Positions 35,292 through 47,448 of a stretch of 64,000 nucleotides of DNA are shown here, piece after piece. Both the position numbers and the translations under genes were made by a program. The stretch is from Octopus bimaculoides (taxonomy: Eukaryota). The notes beneath the pieces are model-generated. The model made no database searches, was not told the origin of the DNA, and saw nothing but the letters and a program-made list of their open reading frames with translations. The DNA lies in contig NC_068983.1 in assembly GCF_001194135.2 (NCBI RefSeq), positions 142,902,264 to 142,966,263 of the forward strand. Direction: 5' to 3'. Within the stretch, counting starts at the first letter, position 1. Every line of letters begins with the position of its first letter.

Positions 35292-38200
35292 GTAAGTAAA
35301 TAAAATACTTTTCCAGGTAAAATGATTGTTAAAATAGCAAAAGAAATCATAAGATAGTAACTAATTTGAGAAGGAAAAGGTAGATATTCTGTAGTGTGAT
35401 AATGTGGTTGTCCAATAAGATGATACATGATTCCCATTGGTTTTTTTTTCTTTTTTTTTGTTTGTTTCAAGTGGGTATTCATAATGTCTAATATCAGTTT
35501 TAGTAAAATATTAGAGGTTAATTCATTAAAAAAAATCTCTTTAACTGTTTATAGGGATCATTTTAATAACAAAATATCAAGTAGATAAAATACTAAACTA
35601 ACAGTGTATGGAAAGCTGCAGATAGCCAAATTCATGCAAGAGGTCAGTGGTCTGTATCTTGATACCTAGATTGTGTCAAATTTAAGGAAACCTCTACATA
35701 GTTGCTTGATAATGAAAATTAGCAGCCAAATCTCCTTCATATCACTCACTTTAAAAAGGAAGATCCACTGCAGTTCTAATTACACTTTGTTCAATTAAAA
35801 GATGGGATAGTCATGACTAGAATGCCTTTGGCCATAATCTGTACAATCAGTATTGACCTGGAGTTGAACAGTAACTTAGCTCCCAGTAACTGAATCTATC
35901 TGGTTGTGAGAATAGACTGCAATGGTATAATTCACAATACAATGTGAGCAGAATAACACCAGAACTTGCAGTGTTGGCTTGTAGTGCTGAATTCAGTTTC
36001 TCTCACAGAAAAAGTTATATTTGTAACAGTCTAGCATCCTATCAAGGAGAAAGAAAGGACTCATTAAGAGGAACACTAAATTAACAGGAAATTGATAAAT
36101 AGCTTGGTAGTTTATGCGTTCAAAATCAAATTCTTTTACGTGAGAAGATATTCAGTGTTTAATAGAGTATATAAATTATAAACTTTGTCATGTCACAAGA
36201 AATAAACAGTAATTTTGTTACTTTATATTCTGAGTTTAGTAACTTTGTCTTTCATCTTTCTAAGACTGGCTTTAATAATTTATAGATTTATTCCTATGTT
36301 CAAAATCAATATAATATATAAATGATAGCAATTATCAAACTAAATACAGAAATAGATTACTTAAATCCAGTGATGAATCAAACCTAACTTCAACATGACA
36401 ATTTTTGCACCCATTTAATAACAAGAAGAGGAAAAGTTGCTTTCTTTTGTCTTCATTATTATTTTGCTCTGATTGACTGTTGATAAAATTGATTTTGTAT
36501 TGACATACTCATGAAACCTTACCATTCATAGAGACAATTTACGCTTTTTTTCTCTCATCACAGTATGTCCGACACTAAAGACACCTCTAATAATCACTAG
36601 AATTTTAAGATTAGTGTTGCATTGGTAAGAGTCAATGTTGTAGAGATATGTTATTACCTTGAAGGGAGTAAATATATATTTCAAACAGATTACTTTATTG
36701 AAAATGCAGAGTACATTATATTCTATACTCTGAAATTCTCTACAATCAATAGTTTCTCTCTGTTATTGCAGTGATCCCTGACTGCTACTACAATTGTTTC
36801 AGCTCATCTGAGCTTATTGATTTTATGTTACCTTTTACACTCACTCAAATATGCCCACATTTTCTCATCCTGTCATTTCAACTATAATCTTGAAGCTACA
36901 TAAATCTTCCTTGCCCAATGGAAAGCAATGAAGTGAAGTATATTGGTGTAATGTGAAAATAAAAAAATATAATAATTTAGGCGAGGCTCTTCTCTTCAAA
37001 ATAAATGTACCCAGATATTTCTACTTTTCAGGACACTCAAAATCATACTTCATTTTTTGTTGTTTCTTTTTGAAGACATGACAATGTATTCTAATAGTTT
37101 CCTGAGATTTTTGATGGGATTATCTTCATTTTTTACTCAGAACTATATTCCTCAACCCCTGATTTAATTTTCCCTTCAGTTTTTTTTATATTTTCATTAG
37201 ACAATTTACATAGAACTGTAACTGTACTAATATGACACAGCTAACTGTACACTCCAATCTGGATTTCCATAGAAAAGATTTAGGTACTTCTACTGCTCTT
37301 CTTTAGATTAATCCCTCACAAATCAAGAAAGGGGAGGAAGTAACTATTAGATTATTGCCAAGATTAGTGGGTGCTGACATGGGTGATTATTTGAAAAAAT
37401 TATCTAAATACCCACCACATGTTGAAAATATACCAGTCTGAAGATAGAGAATAAAATATATTCATCAAATATAATCTTACCCCATGAAGTATCCAAAAAA
37501 GATTCAGGGAGAAAGTAATTTCCTTTTTATTGTCAACATACCCAAATCATTATGCCTTCTTTTTTTATTTGTGACATCTTTCTTTTGTTGTTCTTCCCCA
37601 CTCCCAGTCTCTTGTGTTCTTTGTCCTCTTACCATCCTCATTTGCACATAACACAATCTCATTGTATAAACATGCGTTCTCACTTCTCTCTGTCTGGTAC
37701 ATTTTCTCTTTATTACTATTATTTTGTTTTCTCTTTCTATTCTATTACTGTTTTTTTATCCTTTTCTTCAAATTTCATGTTTACTTTATTTCAGTGTTCC
37801 ATCATTATATAGGATGGGTTTTGTCTGGGCTGTAACTTATTCATTCTAACACTGAACCGATCAAAGTCTTCATTATTTCTTCTTTTTATGCAGCTGTAAG
37901 AATTTGATTCTTAGAGATATACTCTAGAGTTTTACACTTGCAGTGTTTTTTTTTCTTTTAATATTTATTTTATATGTATGTGAGAAGCCTAAAGCTTGGC
38001 CATCACTCACAAGCAAATTTAATCTGATAGTCTAATCATGTTTTCACTAATTATTTTAGGTGCCTATGTAATTGCAAGCATTACAGACACCCTTTTGGCC
38101 CACTCATCTCGATCCAGCTAAACAATCAGGACGTGAACAGTTGGAGGGTGAAAAGATGGTACCAGCACTCAGCTGATGTTTATTTTCAACTGAGTTGAAT

Positions 38201-39895
38201 GGATACATTAAAAAGCAAAATGCTCTGCTCAAGCCCATAGCTGGTACTTGGTCTAAAAAACAAACTCATGACCTTATGATCGTGAGCTCAAGACCCTAAC
38301 TACTAAACCATGTACTCAATCATTTCTTTACATTTGTGAGATCATATCACGGATTAACAATCCCTAGAACTACCACCTCTTTCATATTTGCTTTGGAATA
38401 TTCTTTTTCTGGTTTCAGTCATTGGATTGTGTGGGTATGCTGGGACATTGTCATCAAGTGTTTTTAGTTAATCATATCAAACCCAGCATTTATTTTGTCT
38501 TATGCTTATCGGTATTTATTTCTTAGCTTGTCCACTTGACACACTAGTTTACACTTGTTAACATAAACAGACACATATACATGCATACATGATACATTGT
38601 GTGTGAGTGTATATGTATATGTACTAAATGCTGGTCAAAAGCATTGGTTCATCTAATGTAGAAGATATCTGCCCAAGGTGTTGCACAGTGGAATTGAACC
38701 AGAGGCTACTGACTGTAAAGTGAACTTCTGAACCACATGGCTCTGCTTGAATCTAGATGTATCTCTTTTTTTTTTATACTAAGTATAAATGTTTTTTTTT
38801 GTGTTTCTAAATCTCAGTCAATATTTTCTCCAGATATATCCACACAGATAGGGATAGGATTGACTCCTAGATCCTTATTTCTAATTCAGGATTTCAAGGA
38901 CCTTGTCCTCTGTGCAGGCAAAACAATAATAGACATGTTACTGAATTAGTAAAATAGAAATTGTTTGCTTCCTTATAATAATACAAGAAAAGTTGTTTTT
39001 AGTATTTAACCCCATAATAACTGATCCAGCAGAGCTTGGGGTCAAAGGCGTTCTAACCATGCACAGCTTATCTTTTTTCCTGGTACAATGTATCTAGGAT
39101 TACAGAATCCAATGTGCATTTCCTTTTTTAATATGATAACATTGAAGGAACTTTTGCTGCTGTTTCTAACATGTTGAATAACTATGTAAAGATTCTTTGG
39201 CTTAAAGAGAAGGATTACCATTATTTAGATAAATTTTATGGGTAAAATTTTTGTAAAAATTTTTATAGCAATGGATTTAATGTGGAATAAAAAACAATTA
39301 TATTGAATCTAGAACAAAAAGTTGTGAAAAGTATCACATTTTTGTAATGCTTAAGTGACACTTACAATGGAATACTGCTTATATGTGGGTTGATGCTGCT
39401 GCTATACGTACAAATAACTTAGAACACACTCAAAGAAGGACATGCAAAATATAGTGACCTCTAGCTATACCTGTCTCCTCACTATACCTATTCTACTGCT
39501 ACTTCAACAGCCTCTGCTTTTGAGAACTAGTAAATTACATACTGCTTCTACAGAGGACTACCTGAGACACATTTGTCATCACTTGTTCTGAATCTTGATG
39601 ACCCCAAGTCCTTACTAAGTACTGTTCCCAATCTTTTCTTTCCAGAATGTTACTTCTCTGGAATTCCTTTCTAGCTTCTATGTTTTTACTACAGACATAA
39701 ACTTGGCCATGTGTACTTAATGAAATATACTGTCAATGTTTCAGTTTTAATATTTTTTTAAAAATAACCAGGAATTCAAAGGGTTTTAGTGAAAGATAAA
39801 AAGAAAAAGAAAAAAACTTTCTGCATTATTAACCTGCCATTTAGGACATTACTTAACAAATGGTTCTAACATAAAATTATGACACATGACTTAAA

Positions 39896-40930
39896 TCATC
39901 ATCATCATCATCATCGTCGTTTAACGTCCGCTTTCCATGCTAGCATGGGTTGGACGATTTGACTGAGGACTGGTGAAACCGGATGGCAACACCAGGCTCC
40001 ATCTAATTTGGCAGAGTTTCTACAGCTGGATGCCCTTCCTAACGCCAACCACTCAGAGAGTGTAGTGGGTGCTTTTACGTGTCACCCGCATGAAGGCCAG
40101 TCAGGCGGTACTGGCAACGGCCATGCTTGAAATGGTGTCTTTTATGTGCCACCCGCACAAGAGCCAGTCCAGAGGCACTGACAACGATCTCGCTCGAAAA
40201 CNNNNNNNNNNNNNNNNNNNNNNNNNNNNNNNNNNNNNNNNNNNNNNNNNNNNNNNNNNNNNNNNNNNNNNNNNNNNNNNNNNNNNNNNNNNNNNNNNNN
40301 NNNNNNNNNNNNNNNNNNNNNNNNNNNNNNNNNNNNNNNNNNNNNNNNNNNNNNNNNNNNNNNNNNNNNNNNNNNNNNNNNNNNNNNNNNNNNNNNNNNN
40401 NNNNNNNNNNNNNNNNNNNNNNNNNNNNNNNNNNNNNNNNNNNNNNNNNNNNNNNNNNNNNNNNNNNNNNNNNNNNNNNNNNNNNNNNNNNNNNNNNNNN
40501 NNNNNNNNNNNNNNNNNNNNNNNNNNNNNNNNNNNNNNNNNNNNNNNNNNNNNNNNNNNNNNNNNNNNNNNNNNNNNNNNNNNNNNNNNNNNNNNNNNNN
40601 NNCGTCTCTCTTGCACACCACAACTGATGCTTCTTATGTTCAGCTTTTCTCTCAAGATACTTACACTCTGACGGGTATGCACATTGACATTACACATTCA
40701 GCGGAGCATACTGGCTTCATTCCTTGCGAGCTTACGCATGTCCTCAGCAGTCACAGCCCATGTTTCACTGCCATGTAGCATGGTTGTTTGTACACATGCG
40801 TCATACAGTCTGCCTTTTACTCTGAGTGAGAGTCCCTTTGTCGCCAGCAGAGGTAAGAGCTCTCTAAACTTTGCCCAGGCTATTCTTATTCTAGCAGCTA
40901 CACTTTCAGTGCACCCGCCCCCACAACACT
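39896..40930 (-). mobile_element. Young 5'-truncated RTE-clade LINE spanning a gap
   Basis: (CAT)n tail, 3' UTR with hairpin units, and after the gap ARIRIAWAKFRELLPLL..MCNVNVHTRQSVSILREKL..VQER; CpGs largely retained. Confidence 0.9.
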
Positions 40931-41775
40931 TTAAAACAAACTGTTCCGTGCCATTGAACCAGGAGTGATCTCAGGCAGATTGATGTTGGAATGGTTAAAG
41001 ATGTTCAAACTGAAAAGTAACCATATCAATTTTACCAGTTTTGGAAGGCTTGCTAAGGTTATTAAGAACTGCCTGTTCCTTTCAATTATCAAATCATTAA
41101 AAAGTATAGGAAATGCTTGTAAAAAATTTTTTTCGTTAATACAAAATAGTTCAAAATTTCTTTTTAATAGAGCATATTTTATCAATTTAGTTAGAAATAA
41201 AATTATTTAAAATTTATTACCCATGAATATTGTAGTTCATAAACTGCTGATGCAATTAGATAATAAACATATTTTTAAATGCACAAAGCATTTATAAGTT
41301 TTCCCATGTGCTTTGAGATAAGATTTTATGGAAGATCCATCATTTTCTTGCAAAGTAATTACATGGTTATACAAAAGATAGTAAACTAGTTTCTTTTGTA
41401 GATAAATAACTTTCTGGTTTAACTCACTAAGGAGTTGCATGTTACCTACTGTTCTAATCTTAAACCCCTTTGCTGCAGCACATTTATAAGACAATCTACA
41501 ACAATCAAAACAAAACCAAAAGAAAAAACAGCTAAATAAACAAATTGTAGAGTAATACTTTCATATATGAATAATATTGAAGCCATTCTTGATATTTCTT
41601 ATTGTTTTGGCAGTTTATGGTCTTTCATGCACTTATATGTTCATTAGTATTGTTTCAATTAACATTCTAGTTGATTGAACAGCAAATATTCAAATAAATG
41701 GAAAAATACAAAAAAATATATATATATCTACAGTTCTATATTTAAGAGATGAGGAATTCTGTACAATATTTACAC

Positions 41776-41884
41776 TATTTACATTATTTACATTCGACTG
41801 ATATTTGTCCTCATCTTGTTTGTTGTTAACACAACGATTCCAAGCAGTGACCTGAACACTAATAATAATAATAATTATAATAAT

Positions 41885-41927
<43 letters not shown>

Positions 41928-42069
41928 TCGAAAAATACCTTAGGAATGAGAACCCAAGTTCTAAATTTTCCCAAAACACCTCAAGAAGGCTGGAGGGTAT
42001 ATCAGCCAAAACGTGTTAACAACAAACAAAATGAGGACAAATATCTGTCGAATGTAAATAATGTAAATA
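41776..42069. mobile_element. Small element with 57-bp inverted arms, internal (AAT)n and decayed hammerhead motif
   Basis: 41776-41832 and 42013-42069 are reverse complements at 55 of 57 positions; CTCAAGA-A-GGCTG-loop-CAGCC-AAAA-CGT at 41980-42014. Confidence 0.7.
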
Positions 42070-42409
42070 ATGTCAAAAATATCTGTTAATAATGTGTGCA
42101 TCTTCATGTATATGTGTGTGTGTGTGTGTGTATTGATTGAAAGGGGAAGTGTAGATAGAAGGAATGGGGAGAACTAAACTGGAATCAAATCTACATCTTT
42201 GCTAGTAGCATATTACCAATTTGCTACCATATATATGAGATCTGAAAAGGCTACTCAGAAGGCCTCCATGATGATGGAAAGATGATTTAGATGATTGAGT
42301 TAAACAATTTGGGCCAAGAGGGAAAAAAAGGTTGCAATCGAAAAAGAAATGGAAATGCATTGTATAACAACATCTGACAGTCTGTTTGATACAGTGATGT
42401 ATGTGGGTG

Positions 42410-42625
42410 TATATATATATATGAATCAAACAGTTTGATTCAAATTCCTTGGTACTTCGAGTTTCAAGCGTGATGTCTGTCTTCAGTCATTGGAATTAGA
42501 ATGAGATGTTAATAGGAGAAAGTCACTGTTTATTACTGGGTGTTAGCCTGCAATTGGTCGAGAAGGTCACACAGTGTCACAGTTTGATGTTGGCATTTCA
42601 GGGACAACAATTACTTGGAAAATGC

Positions 42626-42668
<43 letters not shown>

Positions 42669-42691
42669 TTCAACCACGGTAGTGGTTGAAT
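42410..42691 (-). mobile_element. (TA)n-flanked small repeat with terminal hairpins and hammerhead-like motif
   Basis: Perfect hairpins at 42423-42441 and 42668-42691; minus-strand CTGAAGA..GAAACTCGAAGTA at 42486-42453. Confidence 0.5.
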
Positions 42692-43134
42692 ATATTCTTA
42701 AGTCCATCAGTTCGTCAATCACAGTAGCTTCCAAGTTTCACCACTAATTCAGTTCTCAACCTAAATTACAAAAAAAGAGGACATCTCCTCAGCTACACTT
42801 TGGCATAAATAGTTTGAGATTTGGTTCAGTAGTAAAAAAGTTACATCAAAATATCTGTGACCTCAAGGGGGGCAGTAAGGCACTTATTCATCTTCAATTA
42901 ACATAAATTTTATTTTAAAATAAAAGTATACTTTTCTTAGGTTTAAATAATAGAAAAATGCATGAGGAATTCAGAACTGTTAGTTGCATTGAACAAAAAT
43001 TAGTAGAAAAAAAGTTATGAGGTGAAATGTAATGAAATTTATTGTCAGTAAGTGAGGAAGTAAGAAGTAATGCCCCAAGCTATAATGTTAAGATAAGAAT
43101 ATATTGCTAAAATGAATATTTACATCATAATGTG

Positions 43135-43237
43135 GTGAGTTGGCAGAAACATTAGCGCACTGGGTGAAATGCTTGGAGTTATATTGTCTGTCTTTTCGTT
43201 CTGAGTTCAAATTCCATCAAGGTTGACTTTACCTTTC
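43135..43237 (+). mobile_element. tRNA-derived SINE (CORE-like) 5' fragment
   Basis: TTGGCAGAAACATTAGC..CTGAGTTCAAATTCC..GACTTTACCTTTCAT. Confidence 0.7.
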
Positions 43238-45599
43238 ATTTATTTTATTTTTTAATTAAGTATTTAATAAAGTTATTTTTAATATGTTGTTGAATTAGGG
43301 TAAGTTTAACTTTTATTATTAATTTTCTCTTTCATCTTTATTTAACTTGCTTTCTGCTTTTCTTGCTTAAGTGCTTTCCTTTTCTTTTTAGTTAATTATT
43401 TAATCAGGCCAGTTCATTAATGTGTTATATGCTTCAGATATGTGCATCTAAATTTATTGAGGCAGGAATATAGTCATTTTTGGCTGTGTCTCTAGGGGCA
43501 GATCTGAAGGCATGTAGTAAGGCTGTCCAGAAAAGGCATTGGTTAAAAGTGCTAATATTCTAAATTTACTTTTTAAATTTCAAAATGAATTAAAAGGGAT
43601 TTTTCATATATCAAATTTATATTAATGGGACATAGGTAATTTTGACTTGTGTCTATCTGATATGCTTTTATAATTACTTCTGTATTGAATAATTATTGAT
43701 AGATCTAGATTAGCAGCAGTCAGTGCTATTATACCAAGCTCAAAATCTAGGTTACTTAAGGTGAGACTGGTAACTGATGGTTTTGGGATCTTGTTGTTCG
43801 TAACTTTTGGTTAACCATGGTACAACCAACAACATGGTAAAAATCTCTGCCATTAATTTGGTGTGGATGGGTAATATCAAATAATTCAATCACAGCATAT
43901 ATTTAAATTAAACATGGAAAAATTGAAATATTATCATCACTTACATCGAAAAATTGAAATATTATCTTTCAGTATTTTATAAGTTAAAATCTTAAATTAT
44001 TAATTGACACATTATTAATTATCTTATAACAGCAATGCCTGGAAAAAATCATGGATTATATGGAAAAATGCGAGCATGAAAAGTAATATTCTTAAGATTA
44101 TAAACCTGGAAAAGTACAGGACAAGTTATTACACCTGGAAAAGTATAGGACAAATTATTACTTCTAGTAAAGTAAAGAATAAGAAACATCCAGCTGTAGA
44201 AACTCTGCCAGATCATATTGGAGCCTTTATAACATCATTAAGATGTAATGCAATATTGTGGTATCCATCATTTAGAATATCTACTGTTAACTAAAGTTGA
44301 TACCTTCCTCAAATAACAATAGATGAAAGCTCTAACAATTTGTAGGAATAATAAACAATTTTCTTTTTTCACTTTTCTGATATTTTCAAACCATGAATTC
44401 TTAAAATTTTACTCCAGTTAATCAAATTCATAATAAAAACAAGAGAAGCTAGTATACTAATTTCATCCAGTACTCTTATCCCTCAAAACTAATATATCTT
44501 CTTTAACTCTTTTCTGGCACAGCACCTTGAAGCAATTATTTAAAACTGAACTTTTAATATCTATTTAAGTAAAGAAACACTTTTTTATCTTTTTGATTAG
44601 GAGACAATGTTTTGCTACTGCTGAAAGCCCTAAACATCATAAAAAACTTAGTTCTCATTGTGATCAGAGATGTCCTGGAAATGAAATGCAGTATTGTGGC
44701 TCTCAGCCTTCAGATTCTCTTACCTTTTTACAAGTTTATTGTGAGTAACTTGGATACCTCCTAAATATTTCCCTGAAATCTTTTATCTTTTTAATGTTTC
44801 TAATCTACATATGTTTGTTGTTACTTAGCCCTAAACCAGCCATTACTGAGCAAATTTATAATCAAAGGTATCTGTGACAATTGCACCTTTTTAGTTTTGA
44901 CAAGGATAGTGTACCCTAGACTACATTATTCAATACAGAGTATAAGTTGGAGGGAAATTTGGCTGCAGTTTCTACCAAGTTGAGTGACCATGCTAAGGAT
45001 CCCTTATTGGTTTGTTTTAATAGTTATTTTGAAATAATATATCATCTTGTTTTTTTAATGTTTTATTATGAGAGAAAATGATTGAGGATCTAGTCTTTCT
45101 CATTTACAAAATGAGACCCCCCCCCCCCCCNNNNNNNNNNACGATTAACCAATTACAAAAAATCTCATAAATTAAAGAATCTGATGTTATTTGGAATTAA
45201 AGTTGGGAAATTTGGGTAATTTTAGCCAATCAATAGACAGTGTGGCATTAGCAAATTGTTACGATGACAATCCCATGCTGTGTTGTGGTTCACTTTTGTC
45301 TGTGCCGCTGTTGTCTATGTTGATTTCTCACCCTTGATTCTTCGCACCATGACATTCTTTTCACCCATGTGTTTTGTTTTAATCTTTCTGTGTGTTAGTA
45401 TATTACATATTTTTCTGTGCTTTTGTGTGTTAGTATTCTTACATATTTTTCATTTCATATATTTTTGGGACTCATTGATTCAGCTGGATTTATGATTTCA
45501 CTAGGTTAATTCTATTCATAAAAATTTTAATTAGGAGTATTTCTTAAACTGTTAGCTTCACATTTCAACAGCTTAACTGAAATTTAGCCCATGTAACAG

Positions 45600-45696
45600 A
45601 AACTGAGAGGAATATCGTGGAGCAGAGAAACTGTGGGTGATACAGATAATTTGACATTATTTTTGAATTCCACATGCAAAAACGTATTAGATACAG
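45600..45696 (+). CDS. Gene B 97-nt exon (linker before the WSC domain)
   Basis: TAACAG acceptor, AG|GTATTC donor, phase 0 to 1; KLRGISWSRETVGDTDNLTLFLNSTCKNVLDT(G) has two N-glycosylation sequons and joins in frame on both sides. Confidence 0.55.
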
Positions 45697-45828
45697 GTAT
45701 TCTTTTCCTTGGGACAAATTCTTTGTCAACTAATGTTATTCTTATTGTAATTTACAAACCCAAGCATGAAAACGTTATTTAACTTTGGAGTTTTGGAGAC
45801 AGACACCCCTTTTTCATGCACACACACA

Positions 45829-45873
<45 letters not shown>

Positions 45874-46769
45874 ATATATTAATGATGTACACAANNNNNN
45901 NNNNCACACACACACTTATATATTAATGATGTACACAAATACATGACAAGTATACATAATACTGAAATATGCATAAAGTAAACAAATGCAGACAAATATA
46001 TTAATATAACAAATTTTTAAAAATGATTAAAAAAATATACAATCAATGAAGAGACAAAAGAAGCAGTAAGATGATACATGTTGATTTTATTAGATGTTTC
46101 TGTTTACTTAGAAACCCACAATGAAATTAGGTATTTCTGTTTATTTAGGAACCTGCAATTAACAGGTCAGGCACTAAACTATAAATTTCACAGGGTACAT
46201 CCTTAAAATTGACACTGCTTCGCTAAATGCAAAAAATTTCTGTCTTGCCATTGGCTAAAAATACCCAGTTTTGATTTTTAAACCTCTGTAACTTTTTTCT
46301 TCAATTTTTTTTTCTCCACAACATCATACCTTCAAAGCAATGAGACTGGAAAGCTACATTATTATAGCTGATTTTCAGATTTTATACTTCCTTTTAAAAA
46401 ATGCATATTTTGTGAATGAAAAAACTAGATCCATGATTGATTTTGCATCAGTTTTAGTTATTATTCTGTTCTTTAAATTGATTTCAGTTATTCATTATTA
46501 TAGCAGGATTGGTAAACAGAAGATAAACAATTTGTCCTTACTTTAATTCTTGTAATTTCAACTGCAGCTTCTCTGCTAGTTTCTCTCCAAATAGCTGCTC
46601 AACCAGGTCAGAAGTGAATTGGGCGATAATTTGTCACATTCACCACCAACTACTTGCAATTGTTTCTTATTCAAATATCTTCTCTCTCATTCACACTCAA
46701 CTTCTAACCACTTTCTGAACACTCCTTTGTGACATTGGGTCAATCTTTCTAGTCAAAAACAGTGTTCTG

Positions 46770-46865
46770 TATCATCATCATCGTTGTTTAACGTCCGCTT
46801 TCCATGCTAGCATGGGTTGCACGATTTGACTGAGGATTGGTGAAACCAGATGGCTACACCAGGCA
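46770..46865 (-). mobile_element. Short RTE-type 3' tail
   Basis: TTAACGTCCGCTTTCCATGCTAGCATGGGTT..GGCTACACCAGG. Confidence 0.85.
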
Positions 46866-47168
46866 AACACATTCACCAGTTCCTCAGTCTATCTTACTAT
46901 TCCCTGCTTGCTGTAGGTCACGGATGCTCTTTCCATAAAAACTTCCTTTAACCTGGCTTCTCTTCTTCTTGCATCTAGCAAGGCTTCTTTGCTCATTTCT
47001 AGATATTGTGTCAACACCAGCCCCTCTAGATAATAAAACTTGTGAAATTGCTAACTCCCTGCAGTTTTGTGACCAAACTAACCATCTTCACCTGTATGAC
47101 TACAATTCACTCATCACTAAATGGTCTTATCACATTGCTAGTGATTTTCACTTTGATATGTTCACACA

Positions 47169-47448
47169 GTTATGAGCCGAAATAGCTTGTAGCAGGGATT
47201 AGGCAATTGGATGTAAAACAATTTGTCCTTACCTTAACCACAGGAGAAAAAGACAGTAGGTTACACTGCAGAAAGGAAGTAGAAGGAAAGACTACCTTGT
47301 GTGGAAATCTTTTTCCTTTTTCTCCCTCGCTCTTCACTCTCTCTCTCCTGGCACATTGGCGACACCTGCTTCCGCCAAGAAAAGGAACAACAGCCACACA
47401 CAGCTTGTCACCTCTGTTCCCACTTTACTTGCTGTCTCAGCTCATAAC
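47169..47448. mobile_element. ~280-bp element with 18-bp imperfect terminal inverted repeats (MITE or solo LTR)
   Basis: GTTATGAGCCGAAATAGC vs GCTGTCTCAGCTCATAAC, 15 of 18 complementary; no clean TSD. Confidence 0.5.

Noticed and set aside
45865-45940. Exact ~30-bp duplication either side of a 10-N gap
   Set aside because: Typical overlapping contig ends; assembly artefact.
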